DNA of 64,000 nt, from positions 189,989 to 253,988 of the forward strand of contig JBOEGD010000010.1 in assembly GCA_050633245.1 (NCBI GenBank). Reading direction: 5' to 3'. Position numbers and translations under genes: made by a program. A model generated the notes under the pieces. That model was given only the letters and a program-made list of their open reading frames with translations. It searched no databases and was not told where the DNA came from. Below, piece by piece: positions 29,504-40,400 of the stretch. Within the stretch, counting starts at the first letter, position 1; every line of letters starts with the position of its first letter. The stretch is from Calditrichia bacterium. GTDB lineage: Bacteria > Calditrichota > Calditrichia > RBG-13-44-9 > J075.

Positions 29504-30472
29504 ATGAAAAAACTCATTCCGTTTTTAATACTCCTCATAGCGACTTGCGCCGCTCAAGAGCTGCCGGTGGTTGAACAGTCGTTTCTGACTACGCTACAAT
29601 CTTCGACTCAGCTTCAGAAGCGAATCAGCCGGCTGGACAGCCTTCTGATGCACAAGGCCACTGAAATTGAGGGGGCAAAAAAAGCGCAGCCGCGTAGCGA
29701 ATCGACAATAAAGAGCCTGATGTCTGAGGGCATTGCATTAAGTGATTCGATGGCAAACTATCGAAAGAAGTTAGCGGACATTCAAAAGCAGCTGAAACAA
29801 GAGCAACAGCAGCTCGGTGCACTTTATCGCGAGAGAATAAAGACGCTCCGCGAAACGCTTGCAGATGTATCGGCGGAGCAGGCAGTAGATATCAATAGGC
29901 GCATTGATCTGCTTTCTCATAAATATTTGCTTCTCAATCCCGCCCTGCAACAACTCTCGTTTGATCCTGAAAGAATAGAAAAGATAAACCTGGCCATCAT
30001 TTCGGATCCGATTGAGCGCGATATCTTAACGGCATTTTTACAAAAAGCGAATATGGAAGTCAACGAACGCTTGAAGCAAATTCGCAGCAATCGTGAAGAA
30101 TTGGAGCCATTGATTCGCTTAAACGAAAAGAGACAGGATTTTTTAGCGGAAGTCAATGACGATAATTTCACCTTTTTTGGCGGATCGGGAATAGAGACAG
30201 CAACCTCTGATGAACTCAGAACTACAAGTGGGTTTTCGTCAGATGAGCACATCCAATCACTTCTATTTGAACAAAATGCCAATTCTATAGCACTTTTTTT
30301 TGGTCAGCTGGAAATCAGTAATTTTCAAGAAGCAGATTTAAGTATCACGGACAGTAGTTTAAACGCCGGACGTTTTTCCAGTGGCGAGTATTTAAAGCTA
30401 CTTAAGGAAATCGAAAAGCAACTTAGCAGTATGGATAAAAAAATTCGTCGACATTTGGACGAGGCACAATAA
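29504..30472 (+). CDS. Exported coiled-coil hypothetical protein
   Basis: Signal peptide MKKLIPFLILLIATCAA; helical, Gln/Lys/Glu-rich. Confidence 0.75.
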   Translation: MKKLIPFLILLIATCAAQELPVVEQSFLTTLQSSTQLQKRISRLDSLLMHKATEIEGAKKAQPRSESTIKSLMSEGIALSDSMANYRKKLADIQKQLKQEQQQLGALYRERIKTLRETLADVSAEQAVDINRRIDLLSHKYLLLNPALQQLSFDPERIEKINLAIISDPIERDILTAFLQKANMEVNERLKQIRSNREELEPLIRLNEKRQDFLAEVNDDNFTFFGGSGIETATSDELRTTSGFSSDEHIQSLLFEQNANSIALFFGQLEISNFQEADLSITDSSLNAGRFSSGEYLKLLKEIEKQLSSMDKKIRRHLDEAQ

Positions 30473-31461
30473 TGTCCAGAGCTTTACTTTTAATTTCGCT
30501 CTGTATGCTTCAGTGTTCGATATTGACTGCAGGTTCTTTTAAGACCCGACTTTCTGCAGAAGGGGGCATATACCATAGCAGCAGCCGCTTGATTAGTCAG
30601 GAGTATCTGCTTTCGAGACTGGATCTTTCAGCAAACTACACCTTCGTAAAACCACGCCTAAAATTTAACATGAGCTCACGACTGCGTCCGGAGATGTATC
30701 TCTCTTCTTCTCAAAATCTATCCACAAAATTTGATGTAGCAACGGCACTGCAGTTTCAACCGGCAAAGAGGTTCTCGACGCAGATTGGGCTAAGCTATCA
30801 GTCTGAGCAATTAGCAGAGGCTTCCGCAGGTATTCGCGTTTACGAGCTCGGCACGCGCCTGGCATGGAGAATGTCTTCGCGATTTATCTCTTCCGTTCAG
30901 ATTAAGGCAATTGGCAGTGAATTTGAGCTTGCCTCAAGCACAGAAATCGACGCATTAAATTTGGCCATGTTCCTGGAGCAGCGCTTTCGACGAAGTATTA
31001 AACTCAGCTATGCGTTCCATATTGGCAGCTATCGCGCCCGGGATCCGATATTGTCGCTTCAAAGCTGGCGCCTTGGTCCGCAACTTGGATTATCTTATAG
31101 AAAATCGTTTTCTCTGGACTTAACATATCGTTTACTTGCTCTAAGATTGCAAGACAAGCTGGAAAATGGAGTAGAGCACTATTTCCAGCTGGTAGCGGGT
31201 AAAATTGTTACTTCGAAGTGGTCCATTTTTTTGCTGGCAGAAGGGTATTTTCGCGACTTTTCCGATACAATTGCCTTAACGGATGCCTTCCTATTTCTTC
31301 CGTCCGAAACAGAGAATCGCTTTCATATCAAGCTCGAGCGTGACATTTCAGATAAAACATCCTTCTACATAAAATCTGGATATCAACGAAGCGATCTGCT
31401 GCTAAGAGACGTGCGTTTTGCAGGTTTACAGGCAGTTATTGGCATTACCTATAGACATTAA
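30472..31461 (+). CDS. Putative outer-membrane beta-barrel protein
   Basis: Signal peptide, alternating amphipathic strands, C-terminal AVIGITYRH beta-signal; TAATG coupling to the upstream gene. Confidence 0.7.
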   Translation: MSRALLLISLCMLQCSILTAGSFKTRLSAEGGIYHSSSRLISQEYLLSRLDLSANYTFVKPRLKFNMSSRLRPEMYLSSSQNLSTKFDVATALQFQPAKRFSTQIGLSYQSEQLAEASAGIRVYELGTRLAWRMSSRFISSVQIKAIGSEFELASSTEIDALNLAMFLEQRFRRSIKLSYAFHIGSYRARDPILSLQSWRLGPQLGLSYRKSFSLDLTYRLLALRLQDKLENGVEHYFQLVAGKIVTSKWSIFLLAEGYFRDFSDTIALTDAFLFLPSETENRFHIKLERDISDKTSFYIKSGYQRSDLLLRDVRFAGLQAVIGITYRH

Positions 31462-31514
31462 TGCGATTTTTGAAATTGACAATTGCTTCTCATTCACTTT
31501 CCATACATCTTTTA

Positions 31515-31583
31515 GAGTTCTGAGTTCTGAGTTCTGAGTTCTGAGTTCTGAGTTCTGAGTTCTGAGTTCTGAGTTCTGAGTTC
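31515..31583. repeat. Heptamer tandem repeat (GAGTTCT) x9 plus a partial copy
   Basis: Read directly; ends 18 bp before the xdhC start. Confidence 0.98.
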
Positions 31584-31601
31584 ACCTATAACGGAGCTTC
31601 C

Positions 31602-32654
31602 ATGAAAGATACCCTGCAAACCGCAGCACAGTGGCTGAAGACAAAAAGACCATTCGCAATTGCGACAGTTACCCAAACCTGGGGCTCCGCACCTCGCGGT
31701 GTAGGTTCTACATTAATTATTGCTGAAGACTTGCAGGTGGCAGGGTCTGTTAGCGGAGGATGTGTTGAGAACGCAGTAATTGAAGAGGCTCTGCAGGTGC
31801 TAAAAACCGGCAAGCCGAGCCTGCTGGATTTTGGTGTGACGAATGAAACGGCCTGGTCGGTTGGTCTTACCTGTGGTGGGAAGGTTCAGGTTCTCGTAGA
31901 AGCTCATCCAGCATATTCCAAGAATGACACCACGAAGAAAATTTGGCAAGCGCTTCACGCTGCGCTTCTTGAGACGAAACCCGCTATTCTACTCACCCAC
32001 CTGGATCCACACAAACATGGACACCTGCTCGTATTTCCAGACGGGTCTCTAATTGGAGATTGGGCTTACTTGAATGAGGAAGCAAGGCAAGCGGCATTGA
32101 ACGCATTTTCTGAGCGAAAAAGTCAGAAAGTCGAGCTGGCTGGGGAAGAAGTTTTAATCCAGATATTTCCCAGAAACGACCGCGTCATTATCATTGGTGC
32201 GGCTCATATATCTGTTCCGCTGGTAACCTTTTCCAAACAGTTGGGGTTTGAGGTAATCGTAGTAGATCCACGGAAGATATTTGCGGCAGAGAAACGTTAC
32301 CCCACGGCACCAGATAGAATGCTGGATAGCTGGCCGCAAGACGTGTTGCCAGAGTTAAAGTTAGATGCAGATTGTTACGCTGTTCTGCTAACACACGACC
32401 CGAAAATAGACGATCCCGCCCTGCACCATTTTTTGAAAAGCGATGTTTCTTATATCGGAGCGCTGGGTAGCAGAAAAACACATGCTAAGCGTATTGAAAG
32501 GTTGAAAGAAGTGGGGTTTTCTAAACAGGAAATTGCTAAAATTGCCGGACCGGCCGGATTAGATATTGCTGCTAAAACGCCGGAAGAGATTGCACTGAGT
32601 ATTCTTGCGCAAATTGTGGGAGTAAAAAGGCGAGATAGATTTTCAGAAGGATAA
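31602..32654 (+). CDS. xdhC: XdhC/CoxI family molybdoenzyme maturation factor
   Basis: WGSAPRGVG, GSVSGGCVE, VGLTCGG, LTHDPKIDD, YIGALGSRKTH, GPAGLDIAAKTPEEIALSILA. Confidence 0.95.
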   Translation: MKDTLQTAAQWLKTKRPFAIATVTQTWGSAPRGVGSTLIIAEDLQVAGSVSGGCVENAVIEEALQVLKTGKPSLLDFGVTNETAWSVGLTCGGKVQVLVEAHPAYSKNDTTKKIWQALHAALLETKPAILLTHLDPHKHGHLLVFPDGSLIGDWAYLNEEARQAALNAFSERKSQKVELAGEEVLIQIFPRNDRVIIIGAAHISVPLVTFSKQLGFEVIVVDPRKIFAAEKRYPTAPDRMLDSWPQDVLPELKLDADCYAVLLTHDPKIDDPALHHFLKSDVSYIGALGSRKTHAKRIERLKEVGFSKQEIAKIAGPAGLDIAAKTPEEIALSILAQIVGVKRRDRFSEG

Positions 32655-32662
32655 AGGCTCAT

Positions 32663-32899
32663 CTATTCGGGAGGCGGTGCTACAGCCGGTGAAGCAAGAT
32701 CAAAAACCGCGAGTAAAACGCCGACTGCAATTAGAACATAACCTGCAATGCGCATCCACCTGATACGCTTTGCCTGATCATCACTACCGTGGCCGCGCTC
32801 CACGGCTTCCTGCGCTAATCCGGGATAAACAAACGCTGCAAAAATTCCGGTGCCGATCATTATAAGACGATCACCAATTAGTCCTAACAAGTCCAGCAT
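32663..32899 (-). CDS. Small two-TM membrane protein
   Basis: GGAAGG RBS before MLDLLG; two hydrophobic segments. Confidence 0.55.
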   Translation of the reverse strand: MLDLLGLIGDRLIMIGTGIFAAFVYPGLAQEAVERGHGSDDQAKRIRWMRIAGYVLIAVGVLLAVFDLASPAVAPPPE

Positions 32900-33063
32900 A
32901 AACTTACCTTCCAATTTTAAGAGCAACACATGCAATTGTCTTATAAATCGGATAGTAAGCAGTTTTTGAGTGGATGTCAATAATTAGGCATAATCTATTT
33001 CGACAAGGAGGCTGACATGAATCAGGCACACCATAATTGATGTACCTGAAAAACCTGTTATGC

Positions 33064-33588
33064 TTAGAGATACACGCGAAATGTCAGCAGCATTTCATCT
33101 ACTAAATCTTTTGCCGCTTTAGCATTGTCTGCGCTGCTAATAATGCCAACAGTATAGGCAAAATCATTCATCGTAAAATAATAAGACGCCAAGTATTGCA
33201 TACTACCTGTTGCAGACGGCATAGTACCTTCTATTAGCAAATCCATTGACGCACCTTTTACTGAAACCTGCTGCACATTTGTGGCTTTAAAACCCGGCTG
33301 GGTTTCGAGCAGCTTGGCAACCAGCGTTTCCCGACGTTCATACACATCATCGGGTACGCCCGCTCCCAGCGTGGAAATGATGATATTGTCCGATGCGTCT
33401 GTCAGCTTTTCGGTTAACATTACGTCATACGGTTGCAAACGCGAGGATATCACATGCCAACTCTTAGGTATCTCAAGCGTATAGTTTCCGTCGAGGTTGG
33501 TGTAGTTTTGGGCATAACTCACCATAGTAAGCAAAAATAAAAAAAGTAGTGTTGAGTTGATATAAAATTTGCTCATTTTAATTCCCAT
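33064..33588 (-). CDS. Exported PsbP/DcrB-like protein
   Basis: Signal peptide ending SYAQ; NYTLEIPKSW and a C-terminal FAYTVGI...VDEMLLTFRV pattern typical of the PsbP-like fold. Confidence 0.6.
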   Translation of the reverse strand: MGIKMSKFYINSTLLFLFLLTMVSYAQNYTNLDGNYTLEIPKSWHVISSRLQPYDVMLTEKLTDASDNIIISTLGAGVPDDVYERRETLVAKLLETQPGFKATNVQQVSVKGASMDLLIEGTMPSATGSMQYLASYYFTMNDFAYTVGIISSADNAKAAKDLVDEMLLTFRVYL

Positions 33589-33692
33589 TATACAAGCTCC
33601 CAATCAAAAATAGGTTGACAGTCATTCCAGTATGTCAAGTTTAGGCCATATAGAGATTAAGCAATTTTATTCTTAGCAGGAAAACTAAAGCA

Positions 33693-34097
33693 TTAACTTC
33701 TCTTTCCAATTTGATAACGTCTTATATATTCGAGCGTTAACAACCTGAAGTAATCCAGTTTTAATACATGTTCAACTATTTGAGGGAACTGTGTTTCTAG
33801 CTCAGGAAACTTCCCTCGAAGAAGAGGTTGTTGTTCAATAGCAAAGCTCTCCAACAATTCAACAGCTTCTTCTGGCCTTGATCTTTTTCCCTTGTATATT
33901 ATAGAGTCTGCAATTCCACTAATGCTCACTTCTAACAATGATAAATCTTCTAAGGTAAAATTTGAAGACTTCCACTCGGTTTGATGCAAGACTTTACGTT
34001 CCGCATTGGATATTTTCCTTTGCGTATTAAGTTCCTCAGCCAACTTTCCAATAAGTAGTCTTAAAAATAAAGCCTCCTCCGATACTATCAACGACAT
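33693..34097 (-). CDS. Hypothetical helical protein, candidate immunity protein of the RHS toxin
   Basis: First substantial ORF downstream of the toxin, same strand, GAGG RBS, AT-rich, no signal peptide. Confidence 0.6.
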   Translation of the reverse strand: MSLIVSEEALFLRLLIGKLAEELNTQRKISNAERKVLHQTEWKSSNFTLEDLSLLEVSISGIADSIIYKGKRSRPEEAVELLESFAIEQQPLLRGKFPELETQFPQIVEHVLKLDYFRLLTLEYIRRYQIGKRS

Positions 34098-34402
34098 AAT
34101 TACCTCTCAGGGATTTATATGCAAAAAACATTAAACTTTAACAATTAGAATTGTCTATTCCAGGCTTTTCTATAAGAGATAGTTACATAATATGATGAAT
34201 TTAATTGGAAACTTTAACAATAGTCTTGCCTCATAACTCGGTGGTGCAAAAATAATAGTGCAGCCTTCTCTAATCCCTTCGACTTCAAAACAGATCGAAG
34301 GATTAGCCTCGATCTGATGTAGTAACCAAACAGAAGGCATTAGAGTCATTTATTGAAAACTATAGTATATATAATTTTTTGCCACAACACCGGATTATCT
34401 TC

Positions 34403-37400
34403 TTAATCCTCGTAAAAAAGGTCGTAATTCCATCCAAAAGACACAATTTTACCTTCAGATTTCCCACCTTTTTTTATGATAAACTGTCCTTTACCTGTTT
34501 TCCACCGATCAGTACCATCACTCCTTACCACTTTCTCTGCCTTTCTATTCGAATTAAAGAATTCTCTAGCTTGATTCATATATTGAAGGGGGTTACTTTT
34601 ATCTTTTGCATGTTTGTTAATATGATATCTAAGTGATCTTACGGGAGATTCAAAGGTTCCCTTATCCCATTCTTCCACCATCTTTCTTAGCTCTTTAAAA
34701 TTTACCTTTGAGAAGGTACCATCAGCAAACCTTCCAGGCAACTTCTGATTCTTAGGCCCAAATCGCAGCCCCTTACCTCTAGTAAAAATAGTTACGGCGA
34801 TAGATGTTGTAAGATATCCCCCAGCATAAAACCATTCTTTCTCACCCCACTCAGGCATTCCTTCAAGTGTGGTAGCAAATCCATCAAGCGCTGCATATCC
34901 AAGATTCATCGCATATCTTTTATGCCAATTGCGACCCTCTGGAGTCCACACAGACCAAAACATGCCCACGGGGGTATTGAAAATAACCCATTCAGATGCA
35001 TCTTCTAGTCTTGCTGCGAGTCCCTCGGCATTGAAAGGGAGGGTTGCCATCCTCCATAGTCCAGTTGAAGTTACTGCCTCTGTTATTGGAGCAACAGCTC
35101 CCGTTCCAGCTGACCACCAATTACTTCCTGTTGTAAATGTAGTAGGTCCGCTCTCCCAGACTGATGCAACGTCGATACTGGATACTATTGCTGAGACTGC
35201 TGGCCGTATACGCCCAATATCAGGTGCATTACCGATTGCGGTACGCCATATAGAGGTAGCGTTATCGTCAATCCATCTTCCGATCGGTAATTTGGGATAT
35301 CCCCACCCACGGCAACCAAAATCTGTCCCACACTCAAACCCCCAATCATTTGAGCTTGAGGACTCGGAGGCTGTTGATTCGCCACTGGATAAAGTATGTG
35401 CCCCGTAACCGTGGTAATATCCTCCGTAGGAATAGTCTCCAAATGGGCTATATGGGAAGTAAATATCTCCCCAATTCTGTGACATCATCCCTGATGGATC
35501 TGTTCGATTCGTTGGATTGCTACCAACATAACTATAGGGTGAGGAGTATTCTAACGCTGGGTCCATTGCATAGAAACGACCCAGTTCGGCATCATACAGA
35601 CGGGCACGGTAGTTATAGAGATCGCTTTCAGAATCCAGCTCCTGCCCGGTAAACTGATAGCTGAGCGGCTGTGTTTCGGTGGAGCGCATCACCTCGCCAA
35701 ATGCCGCATAATCATAACTTCCCACAACCAATCCATTTTCATTTACCAGCACGCGATTGGAGCCCAAGTGGTCTTTCAGCGGAAAGAAGGTTTCGCCATC
35801 TTCCGAAAACGCCAGCAGTCCTGTAGGGCCATAAATGTAGGTTCTTGCCTCGCCTGCAACTGTTCCATCCTTGTCGCGCTCGACAAGAATATTACCGGAC
35901 AATCCGGGTTGATACATGGTGCTGGCAGTGGTACTGCTTCCGCTCGGCAGGAAAGATTTCAAGAGTCGTTCACCAGCATCGCTGTATTGAAAGTCCAGCA
36001 CACCGGCATTGGAACCGGTCATGTTGATGCTGCGCGTTAACTGTAGATGCGGGTCATAATAGATGCTGCTAATGTTTTTGGGAGTGGAGGCATTCATGTT
36101 GCCATTAGCATCGTACTGATAGTCCAGGGCAGCGGTGCCGTTGGTATTGATAACGCGGTTGGTGCCGTCTTCGTAGGTATAATTTCTGAAAACCGAACCA
36201 CGCTTCAAGCTCAAGATATTACCGTTGTGGTCATAGCTGATCTCATTACCGGCACCGATACCAATGTCGTAATCATCTAGTGGGGTTTGCGGGCCAAATT
36301 TGGCTTGCGCCTCTACAAAGTTCGCTACCTGAAGGCGCTGTAAATCGTCATATTGAAACTCGACATCATAATTGGTGGGCGGAGGAATATTACCTAAACT
36401 ATTAGACCACAAATAGCTGTAGCTAAGTCTGGCTATATCGCCATTATAATATCCTGTACCAAGATATCCATTCGACGTAAAGTCCAGCTGCTCCCGAAAA
36501 TATCCTGGCGTATGCATATCGGTCATCCAGCCAACGGGATTGTAATCATAAGACGTGGTAACCGTACTGCCGTTTTCAGGATGAATGGATTCGGAAGTCA
36601 TCTGACCAAGCGCATTATAACTGTAGCTGGCATAAAAGTCATCATCTCCGGGAATGCCTACGGATACGGGCTGCCCGAGCCGATTATAGGAATATGTTAC
36701 TATCCCCGAGGCGTTCCCTCCTGTAGCGCTAGCCACAAAAGTAGCTCCGTTCTCGGCAATAAATCCATCTCTCAACACCACCCCTTGCCCGGCAGTAAAG
36801 GTAATATCACTACCGGAGGCCACGGTCGTATTCGTCGAGTTCAAAGAATCACCCGCTTCATGCGTCGCAGTCCCGGAAAGGGTCTGATTATCCACATTCA
36901 GGTTATCTGAATAAAAATTTATTTGGGTTATAAAGCCGGCATTATCATATGTATAATTGGTTGCATACGACGTCGCCTCAAAATCCAGTACCTCTAAGGA
37001 CTTGTTAAGTACTTCGCCATCCGCATTATAAGCATAGCGTTCTTCGATTTCTGCAGCGATATCTATATCGTTATTACTTTGCGTATACTCAAGTCGATTG
37101 AGCAGAGTTGGATCACTGCCGTCGCCATCGTAAAAATACTTCATTCGCCATTTTATCGGAGTCGGGGGGTATGTCGGGTCCGTATCGGCTTTATTTTGCA
37201 GGGAGGTTCCCCAAATAATCTCATCATCTTCCAGGTATCCTTCCTCGACCACGCGGCCAAAATCATCGTACTTCCAGTAACTGATCAAATCTGGGTCTGG
37301 CAGAGCCCCCTCGGCATGCCGACTGAAGCGAACTTGACCCAGTTGGTCATAAATGTAATCCGTTACCCCATCGTCAGAAGAACTGCTGCTGGTTAGAAGA

Positions 37401-40400
37401 CCACGATGATCATAGGTCAAATCCACAATATAATCGTCTGCTATAGCACCACCCGGGGGTTGATAGTAATTGGGTGGGTAAATTCGTATTGCATTTCCCT
37501 TATCATCATATTCATAAGTGGTTTCAGTTGAGCTGGTTTTTACACCGATCACCTGCCCAACTTTATCTTCAACATAGGTGGTTTGAATGCCTTGGGGATC
37601 GGTTACCACCGTTTTGAAATACTCATTGTCCGGCAAATTATCGAGAAAACCGTCCTGCTCATTAGCTCCAAATTCGATACTAGCAGTATGTCCACCACCT
37701 AATGCAAAGGTTGCTCCAGGCATTCCTTGTTCAATTGCAGGTGAGAACGGAGACGCTTCATAAACTGTTCGGTAATAGGGGCGGTTTTGATCGTCTGGAT
37801 AAGCAGTATTTACTTCCCCATTCATTAACCCGCCTACTGCATCGAAAGGATCGATTACAAATCCGCTGCGATAGCCAAACCAGGCACCGACAGATTCTGC
37901 TATTTTAGTCTGCACAAAAGGGCGATTAAGTTCATCATATAGCGTTTCCGCAAGGTAGATACCGGTTTCAACTTCATACTGCACCTGTCGGGCTTTACTC
38001 AGCCCATCCGAGTAAACAATAGAGTGAGACGGATTTGTATAAACAAAGAGATCATCAATCTTCCAATCGGTTGCAGCACCGGAACCTTCGTTAAACAAAA
38101 CAAGCTTTTTTATTTCATTTGCCGTAGCGGGTAGCGCAACATCCTGCAGGCAGGGTACACCGTTCACATAGAAATCGCTCAGCTGATTATCCAAATCAAC
38201 AATAACCTGGAGTCGATAGGAATAGCCTAATGTGAACTCATCATGCACGGTGTTCGGTGATGAGTTATCGATTGTAACCCAATCTGATGAGTTAAAAACG
38301 GACCAAACCGCATTGCCGGCACCACTCTGGGTATAATCCCAATCGGTTCCTCCAAGTGCAATACCAAAATTCTGACCACTGGTTGCATCGGGAAGCGTCA
38401 GCGTCAACTCTATCCCAACTCTACCAGTAAGTGCTGAATGAAGCTCTTTTATCAACAAGTCCGGCGTTCCAATCACGCCGCCTCCATCATTAGAGTGATG
38501 AAGCTCCTGATCGACAACTTGCCAGGTGGACGCTGCACTATTAGCATTTTCTATGATAGACCAATCCAGCAGGGCGTTCGTAAAATCGATATAGGTTCCT
38601 TCGGTTCCTCTAACCGAGGTTTTTAGAAGCAGATTAGGATCAGAAGTCTGAAACGTCGCATTACGCTCCAGAGAACCGGAACTTAACTGAGATCCGTTGG
38701 GAACATTATCGCTACCAACACCACCAATCAGACGATGCAGCTTATCATAAACCAGCTTGCTTTTATTGCCATGCTGACCGATCGTTGCAATAGGAATGTC
38801 ATATTGACGATCAAAAACCACAGCGCCGAACGAGGCATCTATCGGCCCCACCCATAAATCATCGAAGTAAGCATCAACCTGATCTGTGGTATTGCGAACC
38901 AATGCGGTAATTGATATTAGCGCCTCAGAATATTCGGTCAGATCGCAGAGTGTATACAAATACTCCCATTCTCCGCTACCGGAGTGATAGACATTGTGGG
39001 AATGCTGCCCGCCATTATAATTATATTTGAGGTCGATGTTGGTTTCGCTACTGGTAGATTTTACCCAGGCTCCAAATGCATACTTACCATTTAAATCATC
39101 AAGGTCTGCGACCAGAAATGTCCGGGCAATATAGTAATCGTTAAGGTGCCCCTGGATTTGCCAGCTATGACTTCCGGTATGTGAGATGTCCGAGATATCA
39201 CCGTATTCATCGGTCCATCCGTCTTCTGAGACACCGGATTCAAAACCATTGTAAGAGGTTTCCGATGCTCTCGCGTTACTAAAAGAAGCAACTGGAAAGC
39301 GATCCGAATATTTGGTATTGGAGTATATTTTTCCTAAACCGTTCTTAATGCTACTGGTTTCCACTACAAAACCGGCAGAATTAATGCTTTCCACCTCGCT
39401 AAGCTTCAACCATTCGCTGCCTGGCTCACCGGCATTGCTCCACAGATCGAAATCGAATATCGCCGAAGTATTCGGCGTAGCGTCCCAAGAATAATTCTTA
39501 TGCGGACTCCAAACACCATTGCTCTGCACTTGCCAGGTTGTGGCTGTTGAGCTGGTAAGGGTGCCATTCACCTTAGTTCGGTTCGTAATAACTGGATCTA
39601 TGATGTTAGCTGTCTCTAAATCGGTATATCCTGACCAACTATAAATAAATACATCTTCGTAGGTATCCTCAACACCCTGAGAGTTAAAGTTAGAAACCGT
39701 TCTTCTCTCAAGCTGGTTTCTAATATTGTATTCGAATATAATTACACTCTCAACACCATCCTCTTCTTCTGTAATTCTTGTCGGGTGAAAATGTCCACTT
39801 TGTCCTTTACCGCCAACATTATTGTAAGTAAGTAGGTATTTGTATGTAGTTATGGCAATCGGTGAGGTTTCGCCTTCCTTATGCCTTTCAACTATATATG
39901 GACGACCAACCGAATTAATTGATGTGTTTCCACCAATATAAGGTTTAGCAACCTCTGAATTTGCCAAGTTACTGTGGAAGTAATACACTGTCTTGCCAAA
40001 AGAACCACTTTGATTTGCTGGTAAAATAGTAACTTCATTGTACTGAGCAATACTCGAACTGCGATCTATCGTTGCATGTGCCTCATTATAATCATAATAC
40101 GTACTGGTAGAGGCAAAGCCATCATTTACAGTAATAGCCGTTACCGGATAATCAATCTGATCTCCTTCTGCGGCACCATTAACGAGATGATAGAGCACAT
40201 AATTCTCAGACGTGGCATTAACGCGTCTATGAACCAAAATATTGCCTCGAACGAGTGTTGTCCCTTCCTGTCCCACTGTTATTTCCGGCTGCCACTGCCC
40301 ATTTTTAAAAAAGCTGACCTTGGCACCTGTTGAAATATTAGAGACAGGATCGACATCTGCATATACATAGAAGTTGTTTCCTACATACAAACCAATATCT

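Noticed and set aside
31515-31583. Tandem repeats here and at 58759 as a CRISPR array
   Set aside because: 7-8 bp units with no spacers and no cas genes.
34170-34349. 59-codon minus-strand ORF (MTLMPSVW...) between toxin and immunity candidate
   Set aside because: No RBS, spans a hairpin, no recognisable features; cannot be fully excluded as a small immunity gene.
34869-35408. 179-aa plus-strand ORF inside the RHS C-terminus
   Set aside because: Antisense to a well-supported CDS; no motifs.
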